From an uncultured bacterium (lineage in GTDB: Bacteria; Actinomycetota; Coriobacteriia; Coriobacteriales; Coriobacteriaceae), in NCBI GenBank assembly GCA_905215505.1, contig CAJMPU010000013.1, positions 670 to 64,669 on the forward strand: a DNA stretch of 64,000 nt, read 5' to 3'. Under the pieces are notes generated by a model. That model was not told the origin of the DNA, did not search any database, and saw only the letters and a list, made by a program, of their open reading frames with translations. This document shows, piece after piece, positions 10,289 to 18,983 of the stretch; positions within the stretch are counted from its first letter, which is position 1, and each line of letters starts with the position of its first letter. The position numbers were made by a program, and so were the translations under genes.

Positions 10289-11158
10289 TTACTCGCCACG
10301 GACCAGACGGTCAAAGGCAACGACGGTAATGGTGTCGCCGAGCTCCTTGGAGACCTGCTCAGCGTACTTCTTGATGGTGAGGGAGCTGTCCTTGATGAAC
10401 TCCTGCTCGGTGAGCACGGACTGCTTGTAGAACTTCTCCAGACGGCCGACAGCCATCTTCTCCTGGATAGCCTCGGGCTTGCCGGACTCGGCAGCCTGAG
10501 CCATGTAGATCTGCTTCTCGTGCTCGACGGTCTCGGTCGGAACCTGATCGCGGGTAGCGCAGATCGGGGCGACGGCGGCAACCTGAAGGGCAACGTCGTG
10601 AGCGAAGGTCTTGAAGGACTCAGCCTGAGCGGTCTCGGCCTTCTCGAAGGCGAACTCGACGAGGACGCCGATCTTACCACCCATGTGGATGTAAGAAGCG
10701 AGCGCGCCGTTCTCGGCCTTGCGGGCAGCGAAGCGGGAGATCTTCATGTTCTCGCCCATGATGTGAATCATCTCGGTGAGCTCGGAGGAAACGGTCTCCT
10801 CGCCCATCGGCTTCTCGAGCAGAGCGTCGACATCGGCAGGCTCGGTGGTAGCGACAACCTCAGCGACCTTGGAAGCAAAGCCGGTGAACTTGGCGTTGGA
10901 GCCAACGAAGTCGGTCTCGCAGGAGAGCTCGAGCAGAGCGCCGGTCTTGCCATCCTCGGAGACGAACGCGGCTACAGCGCCCTCGTTGGTCTCGCGGCCA
11001 GCCTTCTTGGCAGCCTTGGCGAGGCCGTTCTTACGAAGAACGTCGACAGCGGCGTCCATGTCGCCGTCAGCCTCGACGAGAGCCTTCTTGCACTCCATCA
11101 TCGGGGAGTCGGTCATCTCGCGGAGCTGCTTGACCATAGCGGCGGTAATCTGGGCCAT
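10289..11158 (-). CDS. tsf: Translation elongation factor Ts
   Basis: VKQLREMT, MMECKKAL, ETDFV motifs. Confidence 0.97.
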   Translation of the reverse strand: MAQITAAMVKQLREMTDSPMMECKKALVEADGDMDAAVDVLRKNGLAKAAKKAGRETNEGAVAAFVSEDGKTGALLELSCETDFVGSNAKFTGFASKVAEVVATTEPADVDALLEKPMGEETVSSELTEMIHIMGENMKISRFAARKAENGALASYIHMGGKIGVLVEFAFEKAETAQAESFKTFAHDVALQVAAVAPICATRDQVPTETVEHEKQIYMAQAAESGKPEAIQEKMAVGRLEKFYKQSVLTEQEFIKDSSLTIKKYAEQVSKELGDTITVVAFDRLVRGE

Positions 11159-11203
11159 TGTGGTTCCTTTCAAAGAGATGAAAAAGAATTAACTAAGACT
11201 GAT

Positions 11204-11932
11204 TTACTCGGCCTTGGGCTCAGCGGCCATCTCGGCCTCGGAGACCTGCTCCTTGCCGGAGCCAGCGAGGCAGGCGTCAGCCATGAGCTCGCACATAAGG
11301 GTGACAGCAGAGATAGCGTCATCGTTGCAGGGGATGCCGTACTCGACCTCGTCGGGATCGGAGTTGGTGTCGATCAGAGCGACGACGGGGATGTTCAGGC
11401 GCTGAGCCTCCTTGATGGCGTTCTCCTCGCGCTTGGTGTCGATGACAAAGAGAGCCTGGGGCAGACCCTTCATGTCGCGGGCGCCACCGAGGTTGGTCTG
11501 GAGCTTGGTGAGCTCCTTGCCGAGAACAGCCTGCTCCTTCTTGGGGAGCACTGCCATGCGGCCGTCCTCGACCATGGCCTCAAGCTCCTCCATGCGGTTG
11601 ATGCGGGAGCGGATGGTGACGAAGTTGGTCAGCATGCCGCCGAGCCAACGCTGGTTGATGTAAGGCATGTTGGCGCGCTCAGCAGCGTTCTTGACGGCCT
11701 CCTGAGCCTGCTTCTTGGTGCCGACGAACAGCACGTTGCCGCCCTTGGCGACGTTCTTGACGAAGGTGTAGGCCTGGTCGGCGTCGAGGATAGTCTGCTT
11801 GAGGTCGAGGATGTAGATGCCGTTGCGCTCACCGAAGATGAACGGCTTCATCTTGGGGTTCCAGCGACGGGTCTGGTGACCGAAGTGGCAGCCGGCCTCG
11901 AGCAGGGTGCGGATATTAATCTTGGTAGCCAT
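11204..11932 (-). CDS. rpsB: 30S ribosomal protein S2
   Basis: [32 protein letters not shown]. Confidence 0.98.
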   Translation of the reverse strand: MATKINIRTLLEAGCHFGHQTRRWNPKMKPFIFGERNGIYILDLKQTILDADQAYTFVKNVAKGGNVLFVGTKKQAQEAVKNAAERANMPYINQRWLGGMLTNFVTIRSRINRMEELEAMVEDGRMAVLPKKEQAVLGKELTKLQTNLGGARDMKGLPQALFVIDTKREENAIKEAQRLNIPVVALIDTNSDPDEVEYGIPCNDDAISAVTLMCELMADACLAGSGKEQVSEAEMAAEPKAE

Positions 11933-12102
11933 GTTAAACCTCCTGTGGTTTGCCTCCGCGCGGGGTCATCCTCCAAAACCAACCCGGACATGTGCTACCA
12001 AAGCCCGGGCACCACGGTATGAAGTAGCCGCGCGTGCGTGATAAAAACCTGTTGCCGTGAAGCAACCCGATGAATGATAGCAGGAATGCATCTTCCTGCC
12101 AA
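11933..12102 (-). promoter_or_regulatory. rpsB sigma-A promoter and long structured 5' leader (probable S2 autoregulatory leader)
   Basis: TTGGCA(12102-12097)-17 nt-TATCAT(12079-12074); about 135-nt leader with CACGCAC, GGTGCC and GGAGGCAAACC segments reminiscent of rpsB leaders. Confidence 0.6.
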
Positions 12103-12151
12103 CCCGCAATCAAAACCACACACCTGAGCGCGGCGCGGGACGTCCCAGCCA

Positions 12152-13072
12152 CTATTCGCCGCGGGGATGGGCTTGAGCCACAGCCCGCTTAAGCCGATCG
12201 GGTGTGAGATGCGTGTAGATCTGCGTCGTGGACAGGCTCGCATGACCCAGCAGCTCTTGAACCGAGCGCAGGTCCGCGCCGCCCTCGAGCAAGTCGGTCG
12301 CAAAGGTATGGCGCATCGCATGCGGGGCGATGTCGGCCGGAATGCCGGCGAGCGTCGCCAGCATATGAAACCGCCGCCTGAGCATGGCGGCACTCATGCG
12401 ATTACCGCGCGCCGATATAAGCAGCGGATGCGGCCCGGTAGCGGGGTCACGACGCTTTGCCCGAGCGAGCAACTCCGGCCTCCCCTCCTCAATATAGAGA
12501 CGCGTCGCCTCGAGCGCACGACGATACAGAGGGACGATACGTTCTTTGCTCCCCTTGCCCCACAGGCGCAGCGTGCGTTCGGACCACGCAATGGACTCCA
12601 CATTGAGTGCTGCGAGCTCAGAGATACGGGCGCCCGAGGCATAGAGCAGCTCGAGCATCGCCGCATCGCGCAGTCCCGCGGGTGTTGAGGTATCAGGCGT
12701 CTTGAGCAGCGCCTCCACCTGTTGGGTCGTCAGCACACCGGGTAGATCGCGCGGGAGCTTGGGCGAGGAAATTGCCGAGACCACATCGCCCTCCACGACC
12801 CCCTCGGCAGCCATCCACCGATAGAGCGAGCGAATGGCAGACAGGTGTGCCGCAAGGGTCCGAGCCGCCATCTGGCTACGCGACAGCTCGGCCAAATAGG
12901 AGCGAACGGTCCGTACGTCGGCAGCGCGAGCGTCGATGCCCTCGCGGTCGCACCACGCGGCGAAGCGCTCGAGCCGCGAGGCGTAGGCGATTACCGTATT
13001 GGGAGCGAGCCCTTCGACTCGTGCGATATAGGCGATAAACGAGTCGACGGCATCGTACAGGTCAAAAGCTAT
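12152..13072 (-). CDS. xerC: Tyrosine recombinase XerC/XerD
   Basis: RDAAMLELLYASGARISEL, GKGSKER, PHAMRHTFATDLL, LLGHASLSTTQIYT. The N-terminal SAM-like domain continues in frame 59 codons upstream of the ORF-track start; proposed ATA start. Confidence 0.88.
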   Translation of the reverse strand: MAFDLYDAVDSFIAYIARVEGLAPNTVIAYASRLERFAAWCDREGIDARAADVRTVRSYLAELSRSQMAARTLAAHLSAIRSLYRWMAAEGVVEGDVVSAISSPKLPRDLPGVLTTQQVEALLKTPDTSTPAGLRDAAMLELLYASGARISELAALNVESIAWSERTLRLWGKGSKERIVPLYRRALEATRLYIEEGRPELLARAKRRDPATGPHPLLISARGNRMSAAMLRRRFHMLATLAGIPADIAPHAMRHTFATDLLEGGADLRSVQELLGHASLSTTQIYTHLTPDRLKRAVAQAHPRGE

Positions 13073-14412
13073 GACCTCTCGCCTCCAAACAGATCGGAGC
13101 GCGATTCCAGATAGGCATCCAGGGCCTTGAGGGCGCGGTCCGCGTAAGCCTGGTAACGATCGCGCTTGCTGCGGCGCTTACCATCCTCGAGTGGCGGCAC
13201 CAGGCCAAAGTTGACATGCATAGGCTGATAGCCCACGGTGGCAGGATCGGTCGCATAGCCCACGAGCGCACCCAGGGCGCCCACGCGCGGCAACTCGACG
13301 CCCGCGGCACCGATAGCCTCGGCATAGGTGTTGAGTGCCGCGAGCAGACCTGTCGCCACGGCTTCCATGTACCCCTCGGTGCCGGTGATCTGACCGGCCA
13401 GGCGCACGCCGGTACCAGGCACGGCAAAGGTGCCATCGAGCACGTGCGGCGCATCGACAAAGGTATTGCGGTGCATGACACCGTAGCGGAAGAACTCAGC
13501 GTTCTCCAGGCCCGGCACCATATGGAAGACGCGCTTCTGTTCGCCAAAGGTCAGGTTGGTCTGGAAGCCCACCAGGTTATAGGCGGTCTTCTCCTTGTTC
13601 TCGGCACGCAGCTGAATCGCCGCCCAGGGACGACGACCGGTTCGCGGGTCGGTGAGGCCGACGGGCTTCATGGCGCCAAAGCGAATGGCGTCCTTGCCGG
13701 TGCGCGCAACTTCCTCGGCAGGCTGGCAGGCCTGGAACAGATCGCCGCCCTCAAAGTCCTTGAGCACCACGCGGTCGGCCGTGGTAAGCGCCTCGATAAA
13801 GGCCTCGTACTCTTCCTTGTTGAGCGGAGCGTTGAGATAGTCGCCGCTCCCCTGCTCCTCGTAGCGCGACTGCGAGAACAGCACGTCCATATCGAGCGTG
13901 GAGGCATCGACGATCGGCGCCGCGGCATCGAAGAACGCAAGGGCGTCGCCACCGACGAGCTTCACGACCTCTTCGCTCAACGCCGGCGAGCACAAGGGGC
14001 CGGCGGCAATGACCACGTGACCTTCGGGAATCTGCGTGACCTCGCCGTGAACGATCTCGATATTGGGACGGGCGGCAACCTCGTCCTCGACAAGCTCGGA
14101 AAACTTGACGCGGTCGACCGCCAAGGCGCCACCGGCGGGAACAGCCGCGCGATGGGCGCAATCGAGCAGGACCGAACCCATGCGCTCAAGCTCGGCCTTC
14201 AGCAAACCAGCCGCGGAATCCGGACGGGTCGACTTAAACGAATTGGAACAGACGAGCTCTGCCAGGTGATCGGTATGGTGGGCCGGGGAGCTCACCTGGG
14301 GGCGCATCTCGCACAGCTTTACGGAAAACCCGCGATCCGCCAGCTGAATCGCGCACTCCGAACCCGCCAGACCGCCACCGATAACCGTCACCTGATCAAA
14401 CAGCATCTGCAA
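13069..14412 (-). CDS. trmFO: Methylenetetrahydrofolate--tRNA-(uracil-5-)-methyltransferase
   Basis: GGGLAGSE, AELVCSNS, FGAMKPVGL, YNLVGFQT, YGVMHRNTF, AGQITGTEGY. Confidence 0.95.
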   Translation of the reverse strand: MQMLFDQVTVIGGGLAGSECAIQLADRGFSVKLCEMRPQVSSPAHHTDHLAELVCSNSFKSTRPDSAAGLLKAELERMGSVLLDCAHRAAVPAGGALAVDRVKFSELVEDEVAARPNIEIVHGEVTQIPEGHVVIAAGPLCSPALSEEVVKLVGGDALAFFDAAAPIVDASTLDMDVLFSQSRYEEQGSGDYLNAPLNKEEYEAFIEALTTADRVVLKDFEGGDLFQACQPAEEVARTGKDAIRFGAMKPVGLTDPRTGRRPWAAIQLRAENKEKTAYNLVGFQTNLTFGEQKRVFHMVPGLENAEFFRYGVMHRNTFVDAPHVLDGTFAVPGTGVRLAGQITGTEGYMEAVATGLLAALNTYAEAIGAAGVELPRVGALGALVGYATDPATVGYQPMHVNFGLVPPLEDGKRRSKRDRYQAYADRALKALDAYLESRSDLFGGERS

Positions 14413-14420
14413 ACACCTTT

Positions 14421-15356
14421 CTAATTGACATGTTTTCCATTGTGACCGAAGGGTGTCTGGGCGTGAAGAGCAAACTTGGAGGGCGCATACCTTCCATCCA
14501 TCATGCGCTCGATAAGGCCCTCGAGCTCAAGCGAACCCAGGAGCTTAAGTACGCCAACGGCATCGAGCGAGACGAGTGCCGCGATGTCGTCGACCTTGAG
14601 CGGAGAGGCGATGAGTGCATGCATCACGGTCTGCTGTGTTTGATCCAGGTCGGCAATGCCGGGAGCATCGGGGCGCGAGTAGCGCAGGGTGCCGTAGATG
14701 CGTGAAATAGCCATCTCGATAGATTCCTCGTCGATGATGCAGCAGGCACCGTTCGCAATGAGGTAATTCGTGCCACGCGACTCGGGCGATAGGATCGACC
14801 CCGGCACGGCAAGAAGTTCTCGCCCCAAATCCATAGCAGCCTCGGCTGTAGAAAACGTCCCGGAAGGCATACCCGCCTCGGATACAAAGAGGGCTTGCGA
14901 CAAGGCCGCGATTACGCGATTGCGGCGCGGAAAGGCAAACTTGCGCGGACCCATGCCCCACGGAGAGATCGACACGACCGCGCCACCCGTATCGAGCGTG
15001 CGCGTAATAAGCCCCGCGCTCGAACGCGGGTAGACCACGTCGGCGCCCGTCCCCAGCACCACGACGTGTTTACCGCCAGCGTTGACCGCAGCCCAACCCG
15101 AGGCCTGGTCACAACCGACCGCGCCGCCCGAGACTACCGTCACGCCCGCCTCGACCGCCACCTTTGACGCAAGCTCTGCCACGGCAAGACCATACGGCGA
15201 GGCCTTGCGCGCGCCGATGATGGAGAGCGCGGGCGTCGAAAGCACCTCGGGGTTGCCGCGCACATAGAGCGTCTGGGGTACATCAGAAAGCTCCAAAACG
15301 GTCTCGGGATACAACGTATCACCTGGATGCAGTTCAAAGGTCCCCTCGGCCATCAT
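14421..15356 (-). CDS. dprA: DNA-processing protein DprA
   Basis: IIGARKASPYG, VVSGGAVGCD, FPRRNRVIAALS, C-terminal wHTH. Start re-called to ATG overlapping the comM stop. Confidence 0.93.
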   Translation of the reverse strand: MMAEGTFELHPGDTLYPETVLELSDVPQTLYVRGNPEVLSTPALSIIGARKASPYGLAVAELASKVAVEAGVTVVSGGAVGCDQASGWAAVNAGGKHVVVLGTGADVVYPRSSAGLITRTLDTGGAVVSISPWGMGPRKFAFPRRNRVIAALSQALFVSEAGMPSGTFSTAEAAMDLGRELLAVPGSILSPESRGTNYLIANGACCIIDEESIEMAISRIYGTLRYSRPDAPGIADLDQTQQTVMHALIASPLKVDDIAALVSLDAVGVLKLLGSLELEGLIERMMDGRYAPSKFALHAQTPFGHNGKHVN

Positions 15357-16876
15357 TGGTCCCTCCTTCCCTGGTACATCGCCGCCTCGAGCACGTGGTC
15401 CTGCGTCACATGCTCGCTCTCGGCGACGTCGGCGATTGTACGAGCGATACGCACCAGGCGCACGATACCGCGACCCGTGAGATGTGTGCGCTTCGACAGG
15501 CCGAGTACACACTTCTCCGCCGCATCATCGAGCTCAAAGGTCGAAACGACGCCGTCAATGGACCGCGTCTCGTCATCCTCGACCTCGGCATCCGCATCGT
15601 CCATACGGGATTCGCGCCAAGCGCGAAAAGCGCGACCGCGCACAACGTAGTCACGTAACTCGGCAGACGACATACCCTCCGCACCCTCGATAATCACTTG
15701 GGGGTCGGGACGGGTCACATCGATCATCATGTCGATACGGTCGGCCAAAGGACCGCGCAGCTTTGACCGATAGCGCTCGACCATCGCCGCCGAGCAGCGG
15801 CATGGCACCTCACGGTCGCCCAAAAAACCGCAAGGGCAGGGATTGCTCGCAGCCAGCAGCTGAAAGCGCGACGGGAAGGTAAAAGCCCCGTCGACGCGTA
15901 CGATCCTCACATAGCCGCGCTCGATGGGCTGACGCAGCGTCTGCAGCACACCCGTGGGAAACTCGGCAAGCTCGTCCAAAAATAGTACGCCGCCATGAGC
16001 AAGGCTGATCTCACCCGGGTGCACCGGGCGCCCACCGCCGATAAGACCTGCGGTCGAAATACTGTGATGGGGACTGCGGAAGGGCCGGTGCCCCGCCAAC
16101 AAGCCATCAATGTTCTCACCCAAAACCGAATGGATGCACAGCGCCGCCTGTTGATCCTCAACGGAAAGCTCGGGCAGGATGCCGGTCATACGACGCGCGA
16201 GCATCGTCTTGCCCGATCCCGGGGACCCGATCATGAGCAAGCCGAGTTCTCCTGCCGCCGCAAGCGCCATGCCGCGCTTGGCGACCTCCTGCCCAAGTAC
16301 GTCGGCATAGTCGAGCTCGGGCTCAAAGGTCGCCTCGAGCACTTCAGAATCCAAGTAGTGCCGCGCGGCATCGCCCATGCCATGGGCAAGCTGAGACAAA
16401 TGATCGATGAATCCACAATCCACGCCCGCGAGTGGCACATGCTGGTCTGACCTGCCGGCGATAAAAGACAGCCCCATGTCGCGAGCCAGCAGCTGAAACG
16501 CCACCTCGCCCTTGACGGGGAGCACCGTACCGTCCAAGCCGAGCTCGCCGGCGATAAGGCAGCGATCGAGGTTGTCGCGGGGAATCTGACCATCGGCCGC
16601 CAATACCGCGATGGCGATGGGCAGATCAAAGCCGCTACCGGTCTTGCGAATATCGCCAGGCGCCAGATTGACCGTAATGCCCGAGCGCGGGATCTCGAAC
16701 CCGGCGGAGCGCATCGCGCAGCGAATACGACCGCGTGACTCCATCACCTCCATGCTCGGAATGCCGAGCATCTGGATGCCCGGAACGCCACCGGCAAGCG
16801 AGACCTCGACCGTGACGTGAATCGCCTCGACGCCGCGGATGCAGGCCGCGTGAACGGCAAACGTCTCGAACGCCAT
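15353..16876 (-). CDS. comM: ComM / YifB Mg-chelatase-like AAA+ ATPase
   Basis: VNLAPGDIRKTGSGFDLPIA, GSPGSGKTMLA, PFRSPHHS, PGEISLAHGGVLFLDE, NPCPCG. Confidence 0.93.
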   Translation of the reverse strand: MAFETFAVHAACIRGVEAIHVTVEVSLAGGVPGIQMLGIPSMEVMESRGRIRCAMRSAGFEIPRSGITVNLAPGDIRKTGSGFDLPIAIAVLAADGQIPRDNLDRCLIAGELGLDGTVLPVKGEVAFQLLARDMGLSFIAGRSDQHVPLAGVDCGFIDHLSQLAHGMGDAARHYLDSEVLEATFEPELDYADVLGQEVAKRGMALAAAGELGLLMIGSPGSGKTMLARRMTGILPELSVEDQQAALCIHSVLGENIDGLLAGHRPFRSPHHSISTAGLIGGGRPVHPGEISLAHGGVLFLDELAEFPTGVLQTLRQPIERGYVRIVRVDGAFTFPSRFQLLAASNPCPCGFLGDREVPCRCSAAMVERYRSKLRGPLADRIDMMIDVTRPDPQVIIEGAEGMSSAELRDYVVRGRAFRAWRESRMDDADAEVEDDETRSIDGVVSTFELDDAAEKCVLGLSKRTHLTGRGIVRLVRIARTIADVAESEHVTQDHVLEAAMYQGRRDQ

Positions 16877-17361
16877 CACGACACCTGCCAATCGAACGCG
16901 TTGTACTGATGCTCGATCTCGGCGATATGCCCGCCACGAATGGTGACGCCCACGGCATCGAAGCGAATCGCCTTGAGCGGATAATGCTCCATGAGGTAGC
17001 AACTTGCGATGCGGCGGTAGCGGCGTTGCTTTTGGGCGTCCACGGCCTCCTCGGGAAAGACCCGCGTGCTGCAATCCAGTGCAACTCGTCTGGTTTTGAT
17101 CTCGGCCATCACCACGACATCGTCGAGCTCATCGAGCAGCACCAGATCGGCCTCGCCCTCGGTGCAACGATAACCCTGCTCCAGCAAGGTGTAGCCGCGC
17201 TCGTTAAAGTAGTCGATGGTGATCAGCTCGCCCAGCATGCCCAGCTCGCGGGGACTGAGTCCCTTGATAAAGTCGGGCGTCATCGCCCCGCAGTCGAGCT
17301 CGCCGTTTTCCCAACGCTCCTTGAGCTGCTGCGTCTTGCTCTTTTTGCTTGCGGCACTCAT
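16876..17361 (-). CDS. yraN: YraN family PD-(D/E)XK nuclease
   Basis: LG..GE, GEADLV, AEIKTR, PEEAV...KQRR, IRFDAV; directly upstream of comM. Confidence 0.85.
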   Translation of the reverse strand: MSAASKKSKTQQLKERWENGELDCGAMTPDFIKGLSPRELGMLGELITIDYFNERGYTLLEQGYRCTEGEADLVLLDELDDVVVMAEIKTRRVALDCSTRVFPEEAVDAQKQRRYRRIASCYLMEHYPLKAIRFDAVGVTIRGGHIAEIEHQYNAFDWQVS

Positions 17362-17459
17362 GGGGTCTCCTTTCCCGCACACTGCATTGCCCCGATGATG
17401 AGGGCACCTTTCATGCGGGTAAGTACCGGAAGCAAACCAAAAGCTGACCAAATGCCGTC

Positions 17460-17501
17460 AAAAAACGGGCCGTACGCAGCAATGCTGTTGCATACGGCCC
17501 G
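17460..17501 (-). terminator. Intrinsic terminator after rnhB
   Basis: Minus strand CGGGCCGTATGCAAC...GCTGCGTACGGCCCG followed by TTTTTT. Confidence 0.75.
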
Positions 17502-17550
17502 CTACCAGCAGGTTTATAAAACCCCTGAGGTCCCTGTCTCCACAATTGAC

Positions 17551-18339
17551 CTAGAAAAGGCGCTCAGTCTGCAGAAAGTTTCCGCAAAAGCTCACGCGGT
17601 GCAGTGGACAAAGTCCATGTTTGCGAATGGCCTCGATGTGCTCGGGGCTTGCGTAGCCTTTCGATTCGGCCAAATGGTACTCGGGATACTCGGCATCGTA
17701 CTCGACCATCATCTCATCACGCGTGACCTTGGCCATGATGGACGCCGCGGCGATACAGGCGATCTTGGCATCGCCCTTCACCACGTCGCGCTCGTTGGGA
17801 ACGGCGCCCAAGGGGTTACCGTCCATAAGCACGCAATCGGGCTCGAGCCCCGTATCGGCCACGGCGCCCGCGACAGCGGCTCGAATGGCGCGGGCCATGC
17901 CCATCTCATCGATATCCTTAGGCGCGATATGGCAAAAACCAATTGCTGTCGCCACCTCGGCAATCTTCACTGAGAGCAACTCGCGGCGCGCCGGCGTGAG
18001 CTTTTTGGAATCGTTGATGCCCCAGACGCGTGGCTCCATAGGAAGGCAGACGGCGCATACCGTCAAAGGACCGGCCACCGATCCGCGACCCACCTCGTCG
18101 ACACCAACGACTACCCCATCGCCGCCAAGCTCATGCATAAGCTCGTACATGTCATTGACGCGCTCGCGCTCGGCAAGTTCCTTGGCATGGCGCTTAAGAG
18201 CACGCTCGCAAGCCTTGATCACCTGCTGGCGCGGGTCCTCGCGATAATGCTCCACGAGGGCGGGGATCTCCTCAAACGTAGCGCTCGCCAACTCACCGGC
18301 AACCTGCGATGCCGAAACCGAGCTCGTCATATTGGCCAT
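17551..18339 (-). CDS. rnhB: Ribonuclease HII
   Basis: GVDEVGRG, INDSKKL, KGDAKIACIAAASIMAKVTRD, KGY, HRVSF. Confidence 0.95.
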   Translation of the reverse strand: MANMTSSVSASQVAGELASATFEEIPALVEHYREDPRQQVIKACERALKRHAKELAERERVNDMYELMHELGGDGVVVGVDEVGRGSVAGPLTVCAVCLPMEPRVWGINDSKKLTPARRELLSVKIAEVATAIGFCHIAPKDIDEMGMARAIRAAVAGAVADTGLEPDCVLMDGNPLGAVPNERDVVKGDAKIACIAAASIMAKVTRDEMMVEYDAEYPEYHLAESKGYASPEHIEAIRKHGLCPLHRVSFCGNFLQTERLF

Positions 18340-18368
18340 ACCAGGCCCTCCTTGCATGCAAATCAGAT

Positions 18369-18398
18369 AAAAAGAAGGGCCACCCGAAGGTGACCCTT
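18369..18398 (-). terminator. Intrinsic terminator after rplS
   Basis: AAGGGTCACC TTCG GGTGGCCCTT CTTTTT. Confidence 0.85.
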
Positions 18399-18432
18399 GT
18401 GTCCAAACGAGTGGACAGACGCTGCGATCTTC

Positions 18433-18774
18433 TTAGCGCTTCTCGGGGATGCGAGCAGCCTTGCCCACCTTGTCGCGGAGGTAGTACAGCTTGGCGCGAC
18501 GGACGCGACCATGACGAACGACCTCGAGCTTGGCGATCTTGGGGCTGTGAAGCGGGAAGGTACGCTCAACACCGACACCGAAGGACATCTTGCGGACGGT
18601 GAAGGTCTCGCGGGCACCGGCGCCGGCCATGCGGATGACGTCGCCCTGGAAGACCTGAATGCGCTCGCGGTCGCCTTCCTTAATGCGGTAGTGAACCTTG
18701 ACGTTGTCGGCGACGCGAACCTGAGGAATGTCCTCGCGGATCTGCTGACGCTCGATTGCGCGGATGTAATCCAT
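18433..18774 (-). CDS. rplS: 50S ribosomal protein L19
   Basis: [33 protein letters not shown]. Confidence 0.98.
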   Translation of the reverse strand: MDYIRAIERQQIREDIPQVRVADNVKVHYRIKEGDRERIQVFQGDVIRMAGAGARETFTVRKMSFGVGVERTFPLHSPKIAKLEVVRHGRVRRAKLYYLRDKVGKAARIPEKR

Positions 18775-18843
18775 GTGCAATTCCTTACTCTTCTAGAGGT
18801 GCCGTACCACCTTGGCCGGCACGTAGTTGAACAAACGTATTCG

Positions 18844-18871
18844 AGTATACACGCGCGGGTTTCTGCTGCAA
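18844..18871 (-). promoter_or_regulatory. Sigma-A-like promoter of rplS
   Basis: TTGCAG-16 nt-TATACT. Confidence 0.55.
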
Positions 18872-18917
18872 GAACAATTTTTTGCGCAGACAAAAAGACA
18901 AAACCCGCACATGATAA

Positions 18918-18945
18918 CCGCCCGTCTCACGAATGAGACGGGCGG
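18918..18945 (-). terminator. Hairpin/terminator after ppdK
   Basis: CCGCCCGTCTCA-CGAA-TGAGACGGGCGG perfect 12-bp stem. Confidence 0.7.
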
Positions 18946-18983
18946 CATGAAGGGGGCTACGCTAGGCGTCTAAACCCAAAACG

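Noticed and set aside
12137..12146. GGGACGTCCC palindrome after xerC as a dif site or repeat-family member
   Set aside because: Too short, lacks the AT-rich dif arms, and is compatible with chance.
12152..13072. Tyrosine recombinase as a prophage or island integrase
   Set aside because: Xer-like size and motifs, core trmFO/rpsB context, and no att sites or phage genes.
18828..18843. GAAC-N4-GTAT LexA-like box at the rplS promoter
   Set aside because: Degenerate match, and SOS control of rplS is implausible.
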